This document shows, piece after piece, positions 53,901-64,000 of a stretch of DNA of 64,000 nt. Below the pieces are notes generated by a model. It made no database searches, was not told where the DNA came from, and saw only the letters and a program-made list of their open reading frames with translations. The translations under genes were made by a program, and so were the position numbers. Within the stretch, counting starts at the first letter, position 1. Every line of letters starts with the position of its first letter. Source of the stretch: Mytilus trossulus (Eukaryota); contig NC_086378.1 of the NCBI RefSeq assembly GCF_036588685.1, positions 64,976,001 to 65,040,000 on the forward strand. The letters are read 5' to 3'.

Positions 53901-55563
53901 TAAGCTTGAAGCAAGCTATACCTTTCCATTACTGAGGATAAACTTGATCCAAAAATATGTAAAAGAGCGCGACATAATCAAGATTTATTGAATCACTTTT
54001 TAGGTTTTTCTATATCTTTCCTCATTTTTTTCTCATTTGTTGTTCAACAGGGTTTCGTCGTAATATTGGTGTTGTCTTTCCGCAAAAAAAACCAATCCAT
54101 TTTAACTGCCATTCTCTTTTTTTCTGATTTTCTGTATCTTTGTTATTTTTCAAATAAATTCATCATAGATACCAAAATCCAATTCTGCATACACGCCAGA
54201 CTTTTTTTCAAAAGTCAGATTCTTGACCTTAGAGTTTTGAATAATATGCATATGCAATTGAAAAAACCTAGTGATATAACTCAAAGTTAACAGGAAAACT
54301 ATGTCAATGCCACCTGTATTCATGTACCAGCAGAATTACCGATTGAGGTAATCAAGTTTGAAATTGAAATAAAACGTGTAGCCATTGCCTTAATTCACCG
54401 TTTCTTTAATGACATTACTGTCATTGCATTTGAGTACTCTATATCAGGCAGTTGTTAATTACATAATAGTATGCATCACCTTGATCACTTTCAAAAGTAT
54501 GTCATACAAAGTATTGGATAGTTCATTTCATAGCATTCTGTGAATGTAGTTGAAATATTTCAGTTAATTTATTAACTTGAAAGGATTTAACTATTAACAC
54601 TATGATCAAACAAAATCCAACAGCAACAGAAACTAATCTCATTAGTAAAGTGCATTGTTGATCGTTTGCATCAAAAGAATTGAATCGCGAACTATTGAAC
54701 CTTAAGATAGAATATCCTTTAATGCTGGTAAAGTTACACAGGGCCATAAACAGTTCTGATTATCATCACCTACCTCGTCTTGAAACTCTTCATTTATCAG
54801 TACAATATACTTCAGTAATGCCCTTTTAAATACGCGAGGTATTTTACTGTTATGAAAACTAGTTAAGATTCAAGGTGAATATATCCCAAGGATAGTACAA
54901 AACCCAAATGTATTTCTATCGTTTATAAAAAAACAAATACAAATTTTATGAAAATATACTTATTCATACTTAAATTCATAAACCATATGTGAACCAATAC
55001 GTTTTTAAATTCAAAAAAGCCTTTACAGCATGCCAACAATTATTTATGGAGTATCATAATTCGAGGTATCATAATTCAAATAAGTGGGTTATTACCCATT
55101 ATGTATTATATTTCTCATGTTTCATGTAGACATTCCGCATCAGGATCGACATCTGATCTGCAATTAAAGAGGAACAATATATAACCAAACGTTAAACAGA
55201 ACTAATATAACCCAACGCAATGTGATACATAACTGATTATGCAATACGTAATTCTATATTGAACAATTGCTACTGAAAATTGTTTATCGAATAGGTTATT
55301 CGATCATTAAAAATAAATCATGTCGTAAAATAATAGCCATAACAAAGTATATGCACATATATTTGATCTGTCAACGACCTGTACATGTCAATATTGTATT
55401 AAGTGTCCAATGTCAATACGCATTCCCTTTAAGTTGGAACATTACAACAGATCAGATTAAAAGACAAAAAAAGTGAAAGGAACGAACGCATGGTACATAC
55501 ACTTGTTTTATTATGAAAAGTTAAAAAACTCAGTATTGATACCAGTATTGTAATTTTGTATTT

Positions 55564-55609
55564 GCGCCAGACGTGCGGTTCGCCTACAAAAGACTCATTA
55601 CTGACGCTC
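55564..55609 (-). ncRNA. Degenerate hammerhead ribozyme copy within a short repeat
   Basis: Reverse complement GAGCGUCA-GUAAUGA-GUCUUUUGUAGGC-GAAC-CGCACGUC-UGGCGC; the core is mutated. Confidence 0.55.
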
Positions 55610-56672
55610 TAATAGAAAAAAGTTAAAGAGGGAAAGTAAAGTGCGAAGTCTAAGAGCATTAACGAACAGAAATTCCTTAAAGTAAACAATGTTCAGTGAC
55701 CATACATTTTAATGAATAGATCCTTGTGTGACATAAAATTTGGCAAACAGATCATTCGTGTACATATATGTTTTATAGACAGAATCGCGTGTGAAGCATT
55801 TAAATTAACACATGTGTGTGCCTTTCATTTTAGTAAACATAAGCAAATGAAGATGTTGTTTTAAAATAAATAAGAAATTCTTTAGATATCTATGTTTGGC
55901 TTCCATAATTGATTTGGTTACGTCTTGGTAAAAAAAACCACTAAATGTAGAGTGTATAACAGAAACCATGATCTCTAGTTCCCTATAATTATCTGAGCAA
56001 TCGTTGCATTGATTATGTTGAAATAATCATACATTCATAGAAGTTAGTCACACAATAGAACAACTGTACTTTCCCTAAGATATAAATTTCTTTACAGTTC
56101 TGTGATCGCATGGTAATCAATATCAAATAGGTGGAATATAAAAGAAGCTATTGTCAATTCTTCAGTTAGACAATCAACTAAGTATATTCCGTGCTTTAAT
56201 AATACATGGCTAGACGATACGTAATTACAGGCACTCCGGCACTCCAGCTTCTTCCAAATAGTACATTATATATGGCCGCCACGATATGACCAAGACTGCT
56301 GAAAGTAGCATAAAACATCAACAACCAATGAATCATCGACACGTGTTGACCACCAACGATGAACAGGATAAACAGTTACAAGGTATGATACGCCTCGATT
56401 ATTATTGTCAGCAGTTACCAACGACTGGCAAAATGTTAAAGACAATTTGTTTGTACAAAGACAGTTTACTTATAAAAATGAAAAGATATGAAAAGATACA
56501 AATTATAACTAAAGAATTTAATTATCTTTGGTGATATGGTTTGAGTCTGACTTGAACATTTTTTTATATGCAATGTATCCTCAGAATGAGATTGCTGTGC
56601 TGTTCAAGCACTTAGTCGTTATCTAATATATATAAAATTATATAGTTATCAAAGAAACCAGGATTATAATCG

Positions 56673-56718
56673 AACGCCAGAAGCGCGTTTCGTCTACATA
56701 AGACTCATCAGTAACGTT
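56673..56718 (-). ncRNA. Hammerhead ribozyme copy (core intact, one stem III mismatch)
   Basis: Reverse complement AACGUUA-CUGAUGA-GUCU(UAUGU)AGAC-GAAA-CGCGCU-UC-UGGCGUU. Confidence 0.72.
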
Positions 56719-58155
56719 CATATCAAAATATTTGTTAACCCAAACAAGTAAAAAGTTGAAGAGCATTGAGGATTCAAACCTCCAAAACGTTGTGCCAATT
56801 ACGGCTAAGGTAAACTATGCAAGTCTTCACTTATTCTTTTACTTATATTTTTTTTTGTATAAGAACTAATCATACTTTCAAAAAAAAAAATGATTCGCTA
56901 AGTACGTATGTTTAAAATATAATAAAATGTCTTTGGTTTCCAGGGTTTCTTAATTGGATTGCAGTCTTCTGTCTGTTTCATTTGTGGCCTCTTTGGGCAT
57001 GTTGGACAATTTTGTGTCAAATATTTTACACATCAACGGGATCAGTGGGCTATGCGATTTAACATTCTTGACTTAACTTAGCCTTTGTAATAGTTCTATA
57101 AAAACTACATTGTGAATAGAGCCGGAATAATAACAAAAAAAAACGTCTGAATTATTTAGATTACTGTTAATGATAAAAATATATGTATCGTCAGACAAAC
57201 TACTTAAATTCTTCATTTATGCAGTTATAAACTATATGTTTGAGGTTGTGCATACATAACATATATTTCCTTTTCGTTCCGAAATTTACAATTAAATATA
57301 CATAAATATAACACGATCTGATCTAAATGAGGATGCAAAACATAATATCCTTTTATCTTATTTGTTCTTAGTGAATGATTACATGGCATTAATTTGCTTG
57401 GTGAAAAGAACATCGTACTTTGTAACAATTGAGTATTTCTGACTTGTTTGTCTTTTGGTCGTTTGCTTGTTCTATATGTATTCCGGGTTTTTTTTAATTT
57501 ATTTTTCGTAAAATTCTTTATAACAATGGAAAAAAAATCTTATAAGCATCAAATCAACCTTTTCCCAGTGACGGAAACAAATTGATTTGAAGAGCTGCTG
57601 TAAGATTGAAATGAGTATTCCAATGATACGTTTTAATTGAAAAGTTTGTTATCGTCAGTAAACATGTATCAAACACCAAGAGAAAAAAGATTGATGTGTT
57701 CACTTTTTAACCCAAGATGGTGTAAGACAAATTATCGTACATCATTGAAACATATAAGTTTATATCACAAATAGGTCATACAATATGTTTGTTGTCGCCA
57801 GTTTTAAAACCTAATACCGATAAGACAAAGACATAACTTATTAGTTTAAGCATTATCTGATGTACATTAGGGAATAGGAATAGCCTTAAACCATATCAGT
57901 CTCTATTTACCAACGTCTTTTCACTGTTTCAGTTTGTGAAATGGTTTCAACCTTGTCAAGGTCAAAATTGTTGACAAAAGGAAATAACAGTAATATCACG
58001 GTATTTGTGGAACTTTGGTGAGCTGGGTTGACAGTTTCCAATCATACCACATCTTCTTTTTAAAACAAAAGCGTGTTTGGCACAACGTTTTGGAATTTTA
58101 GGTCCCCAATGCTCTTCAACTTTTTACCTTTTTAGCTGTATAATTATTTTTATCT

Positions 58156-58201
58156 GAGCGTCACAGATGAGTTTTATGTAGACGAAACGCGCGTGTAGCG
58201 T
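58156..58201 (+). ncRNA. Degenerate hammerhead ribozyme copy
   Basis: GAGCGUCA-CAGAUGA-GUUUUAUGUAGAC-GAAA-CGCGCG-UG; the core and cleavage site are mutated. Confidence 0.6.
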
Positions 58202-58845
58202 ATTAGATTTAAATCCTAGTAACTTATCATTATATTCATTAACTTAGAGAAACAAGATACAACGAGAACAATAAAACTCATGTATAATTTCAATAAAACT
58301 GAATACACAAGAACATATGAATTATATAAAAACAAACAACAATAGCAAAACAATGTACGCTTTTATTGTCCAGCATAAACCAGGACGTTTTGTTTCCATT
58401 TTTCCTTGTCGAGTGCAAATTATTATCCCCTCGATTTGTGGTCTGCAACCGCTAGATTCTGATTAAACTCTGTTCTCAAATTGAAAATTACCTATCCACA
58501 TTTACTTTTGAATTGTTTTAACAATGTGCAGAATATCAAAATAGTTTCAATATGTAACGTTTTATTAAATAACTGAATCCATTTCTAAAAGGGAAAATTA
58601 AATGCATTCTTTTATCGCCTTTTTTTATAGTATAGATTGATGAATAGTTCAAATAGATATTATTTAAAATTATTTTAGATGAAACTAACTTTACATGCAT
58701 GTTATATTATTATAAATTTAGGAATGAATCTACCTCATGCAAAGCTCTGATTCCTTTCACGGATTTGGCTATTCTTTTTGGACCTTTTGGAGTATAGCTC
58801 TATATCTTTTATATAAGCTTGGGATTTCAAATATTTTGGCCACGA

Positions 58846-58889
58846 GCATCACTGAAGAGACGTGTATTGTCGAAATACGCATCTGGTGC
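58846..58889 (+). ncRNA. Second-family minimal type I hammerhead ribozyme, core intact
   Basis: GCAUCA-CUGAAGA-GAC(GUGUAUU)GUC-GAAA-UACGCA-UC/UGGUGC. Stem sequences differ from the 49483 copy while pairing is preserved. Confidence 0.75.
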
Positions 58890-61800
58890 AAGAAAATTGA
58901 GACCGTTAGTTTTATTATAGCTTTTTAGATGTACATGCAACAATATTATGAACTTTACGTATAGCTATACACTGACTATGAAAATACATACACTGACTAT
59001 GAAAGTTTGGGATAAAACATTTTGTTTCAGAAATTTTGCATGACTGCAACAAAGCAAAATTGTCAATGAATTCATCACGTTGCATTTCACCAGGAATTAT
59101 TTCAATTTGCAATTAAATGCGGCTTTGTTCAAATTTAAAAAATCACCGAGTCTTAACGTTGAAATGTATTACTTAATTCATTTTCAAGCTGTCAAAAGAA
59201 ATTAACCCTGCAGCTTTAACTGTGAATTTCCGTCAATTAGTGTTCATTACACTTTTCAAGGTTGGAACTTTATTGCTTTAAGTATTCTATTTGTTTAATC
59301 TTTCAAGACACTGACTGATCACTATTAATTTAATTTGTATTCCAAGGAAAAAAAACAGGAAGCCTCTAAGACACGGATAAGTTAGATTTTTCAATTCAAT
59401 TAATTTAGTTATTTAAAAAAGATACCGTGAACAGAATGTTTAGACATGGAAACAATTTATTGAACAATAAAAAGTTTTGTTTTTTTACTGTGATCGGACA
59501 TAAACAATATCCATAATTTTATAGATTCTTACATGTACGCTGCAAAATAATTTGGGTCATGATTTTTGAAGTCGAGTATTCATTTTGTCCAGTTAAAAAT
59601 GGTAAAATGTAAGTATGTCTGACATATTGAAATCAAGAACCAACAATTTTGAATTAAAACTAATGAACTTATTTATATTGTGATATAACTTGTCACAAAA
59701 GTAAAATGAAACACTGTAAAAAATAGCATGTGCGTCTTTTGCTTTCATTGTTTAATAGAATTGCAATACAAATTGAGTGAGATACAGAGACAATATCTAC
59801 ATTTGTAGACTTGTAGATTACCGCGGTGATTATTTCCATATAATTTTCATAACAAACAATTTGAAAGCAATGCAAATGCAAGAAAGGAATGTCATTGATA
59901 ATAGACACAGGGAACGTGACAGAGAGATCATAACCCGACGAAAGAGCAGTAAACAGCTAAAGGCCAACAAGTAATCTTTTTTGTTTATCCTGTCGAATAC
60001 ATTCGAGAAATTACCAGATTGAGTTTCGTTTACCACGAAATCTGGATTTGACATTTTAAATAACAGCGAGAGTTGTTCGGGAATCCGATACCATAACAGG
60101 AAAAACAATTAAAATCTGCACGATTCTGTAAGACATTGTTTTCTATTAAAAACATTTGCTGTCATGTATTGCTTCCAGTTTCTAATCATTATGACAGAAT
60201 CGGCTTTGTCAAATTTTCTTTCTTTTAAGCAAACTATTGATATATATATATCAGAACCAAAAGATCAAAACGTTAAATAGACAGATAACTGAATTAATTT
60301 GTTCACTGTAAATTTGTCATTTATATCAGACAAATTTGCATATTTTATTCTAACATATCTATTCATCATGCAGTTTCAATACATTGTATTGTAGTGAGAA
60401 AGGTTGAGCCTCTGATATTCATTGCATGATGAAATGTTTCTAAGAATGGTATTTTATTTGAAAATTATATATTTAGTTATGTTGTGTGGTTGCTGGAGAG
60501 CAATATGTCTAACCGAAATCGATGGCAAATGATGGTGACCACTACAGAACATCGTCTGTTGTGTATAAGACCGAGCAAATGTGGATCAGTAAAAAAACTA
60601 TCGACAGAATTCGAAATGAAATAAAAAAAAATTCTGTTCATTTGGGACTAAGTTCTCATAAAGATCACTATATCTTTTTTCATTCTCATTCTCGGTTCAT
60701 TCTAATATTCAGTCGATTGTTTAACATATTTTACATATAGATTTAACCTATGGTTTTTGTGGGGTCAGTCTTGAGTTTACTGTGTTTCTTATATTCGTCG
60801 TTTTATTAACTTTTTGATACAGCATGTACAGTGTGTGATTTATTGTTTTAATGAGTAATTAATATTTTAATTTGAAAAAAAAGGAATTACAAAACTAATT
60901 ACAATTTTCCTATGTAAGCATTCCAGTAGTTTGAGATAGCGTAGTTACACAAACTGTAATACAATGAATGTGTACATCGTATGTTAAATGTTTTCTGATC
61001 TGTTTTAGTCCTTATTAAAATATAGCTTCATTGTGTATTTTTAAAATTATTTTGCAGTTTCAATGGAAGACAACTTTTCATTACAGATTAGACTAATGCG
61101 GGACTTCGGAGATAGTTGCCGTAACAATATGTTGTGGTTGGACATTGGAATCACTATGAATAGTTCAGAAACATGAATAGTCTGGAATAGTTCAGATATA
61201 TGCATAGTCTTCCAGACATGTTGTGAAAATGGACAGTTATTACATTTAATAATCATCGTATATCTGTAAAATCTCAGAAAAGCTATTCGATGGGACAAGT
61301 ACAATGTATAAAAACTGTTGTAAAACATAATTCCTGAACCTAATTAAATTCTTCGGTATCTGAACCATCAACCGTACTGGCCACTTTGCCATATGTATCG
61401 TTCTCCCTCAAAAGTTGACAGTTGATTTAAATGTTACTGAAATATTTGTCACTTGGTGTTAAGGAACTTATAATCAGATAGCCACAGCCAGCTTTTCAAA
61501 ACGTTGCATTTATCTATTCATATATTGATAACTAGTATTTTGTTATACTTTTAAAATGTCTAGACGCATTCATTTATTCGGCGCACATTAAACATACCGA
61601 AACACTATACTTTGGTTTGCAAACATCGTTATTTCGAAAGAACTTAATCCTTGGTAAATGCGTCAAGTTACGCTTGTTAGGAAGATTTCATGCCGGTCAA
61701 GTAAAAAGATAAATTAGACAATTTACATAGGATATTATCTTAATGTATTTTCTGTCACCCAAACCGTCCATTACCAACAGTACCAATGCAATATTTGTTT

Positions 61801-62857
61801 TTTCTTTAAATATGATAATAAAGAATATGTAGTCAAAGTAGAAAACATATGGATCAATTTCAATACCTGTGGAGTAATTTGCCTTTCATGGCCATAGTAA
61901 TGTACTAAGCGTGTTGGTGAAACTGCAATGTGAAACCTCCATGGAAACAGCTACAGTAATAACTATCATCGAATTACTTCTCCCGTCTGACAGACATTAA
62001 TTCCATTAGGAATGTCAATTTTTAAGGGATATACATTTGCAAAATTGTATGCAATTGTTATTGCAATGGGAATATTATAACATATTCCTTATTTTAAATT
62101 TACTTCTGTTTCCAATAGTGGTTCGAAGTACCAACCTTTGATTCTAATCATACGAGTTCCATTTTTGCGTGACCAATTCGATCAAACTTTTGAGACTCTC
62201 AACATGCTCAAGCAAAATTGAAAGAAGCTAGTATTATATATATCCTTGAATATCAGAGTCCTAAGAGTCCTTATATATGGTTTCGTTCATAAAATAGTGT
62301 AGTATGTTAAGCATATATATCCAATTATCAAACTTTCAATTCAGGATAGCGAAGACACATTTTGGTCTGCTGTATACATGTATCATTATTTACCAAAACC
62401 ACGAAATTGGCAATTTGAGCCTGTTGAGAACTAAACCCTTTGACAAACAAGATGATTTTATATTTCAAATATTGATAGTAGTCCAAATTACCCAATGTCT
62501 ATGTTTGTCCATTGATAGAAGTCCAAATTACTCAATGTTTATTTTTGTCCACGCTAACCGGCATTTGCAAAACCTTTTGAATTGATCTTTGGTTTGATTT
62601 GTTATTTTTCACTGAAAATTTGCTGCTTACGTTCATCAAATATTTATGAGTTGTTGCTTACTTTACTTCATTTGTATACATCTTATTTAGGAAAAAGAAA
62701 AAAATCACAGACAAAATGACGTTGATTTTAGCGCAAACCTGCAGGTTTGACATGACTAGTTTCAACAAATACTAAAAATAAACATGATATACAGAATCAA
62801 GTTTGGAATACTACGGGACATAAATGTATCATAGAAACCAGAATTAAAATTTAAATT

Positions 62858-62903
62858 ACACCAGGCGCGTGTTTCGTCTACAAAGGACTCATCAGTGACG
62901 CTC
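62858..62903 (-). ncRNA. Hammerhead ribozyme copy with a mutated cleavage triplet (GCC)
   Basis: Reverse complement GAGCGUCA-CUGAUGA-GUC(CUUUGUA)GAC-GAAA-CACGCG-CC-UGGUGU, within a ~350-bp repeat (62815-63165). Confidence 0.65.
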
Positions 62904-64000
62904 GAATAAAAAATGTTAAGAAGGCAAAATAAAGCACGCAGTTGAAGAGCATCGAAGACCAACAGTTCTTAAAAGTTTTACTTAAATCAGCTAAGGTAAT
63001 CTATTTATGAGGAAGAAAGGCCTTCCTATTTAAAAAAATCAAAGTTTTGTTAACAGTTAATTTATAATTAAACATATCAATGATAACTCAAGTCAACACA
63101 GACTACAAAACTACACCAGCAGTGGCATCGACCCATTGGTTGAAAATAAACTCATCATATATACCAGAGAAAAAAGTTGGTGATAAGTTATGAGCAAATT
63201 GAAACATGTCTAACAGGCCACCTTTGTACCCCTCTTTTCATGTGACATCTAAGATAACTTCCCTTGCAACCGGATCTGTATGCATATTTATAAATTATAT
63301 ATTAATAGAATACGTGCATGCAAAACGGATGCCCGTATTAGGTATAATGTGTTATTTAAATATAGGATAACAATTTTAGGAATGTTAACAAAAAACACAA
63401 TTTCGCCTATTTAGTGTCGATGTAAAACACCATATAACATCTATGTTAAGCACTGTTTGAATGAGGCCATGTCAACTTGAAATGTTCTATTAAATAGTTA
63501 CATTCTTCAAGGGGGTTGGTGGTTCAGTAGTATATTAATATATTGTTTTGTATTCGTCAGACCACTACCAGACCTTTAAATGAATCATGCAAAAGGTTGT
63601 TTACTAAACAGAAAGCACCACCATAAGATTTGATCGACCACACCCGACTGGGCATGGCTGTGTAAATATGCATCCCACACATCAAACATACCCTTAAATC
63701 ATTAGAACTGTGACTAACATCTTTACCTAATCATTCTCATTACATGCTCTGTATATACATAGTATGCACATACATAATTAAACAACACGTTAATTTGTAA
63801 ACTTCATTAACTTCTTATTCAACTTTGTGTAATCTGTGTTTGTAAGAATGTCAATCGTTGACAATTATAAGTAGATTACAAATAGAAAAACAGAAACAGA
63901 TGAGTAAGACCTTTCAGGAGAAGAAGAAACAATATTCAATTTTACAAACATCTGTGTCAGCCTCGAAGTGTCATCGTCAATACAATTATAGTGGCATTTA

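Larger units (their letters stand above)
50150..62610 (-). pseudogene. Decayed GRL101/LGR-like GPCR gene, tandem copy 3, including additional 5' exons
   Basis: 50280-51020 matches 20620-20950 and 51180-58020 matches 6060-13140. Hinge LSCSSLVVNTCR (56336-56371) precedes TM1-like WLLMFYATFSSLGHIV. LDLa-like SQCIAIRKVHNIVAC at ~58935-58980. Further decayed exon-like blocks at 59650-60250, 61050-61265 and 61600-62610. Confidence 0.55.

Overview
AT-rich, repeat-dense eukaryotic DNA. I infer a bivalve mollusc, probably Mytilus-like, from the short repeat families; no prokaryotic features and no intact gene were seen. The backbone is three diverged tandem copies (about 1-13250, 20530-48960 and 50150-62610, all minus strand) of a heavily decayed multi-exon gene. 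Its translated remnants resemble GRL101/LGR-type GPCRs (LDLa + LRR + rhodopsin-type 7TM). Each copy appears to carry more than one LDLa-LRR-7TM module back to back. Inserted into and between these copies are: a full-length but frameshifted Academ DNA transposon (13499-19670, TAT TSD); a Penelope-like RT element split by a 17.3-kb CACTA-ended element with 507-bp TIRs and no recognisable transposase (26707-43980, TAA TSD); a CR1/L2-type LINE nested inside that element; Harbinger- and Kolobok-type MITEs; a Helentron/DINE-1-like element; SINEs; and several short repeats bearing minimal hammerhead ribozyme motifs. Coordinates of the decayed gene blocks are approximate and were read by eye.
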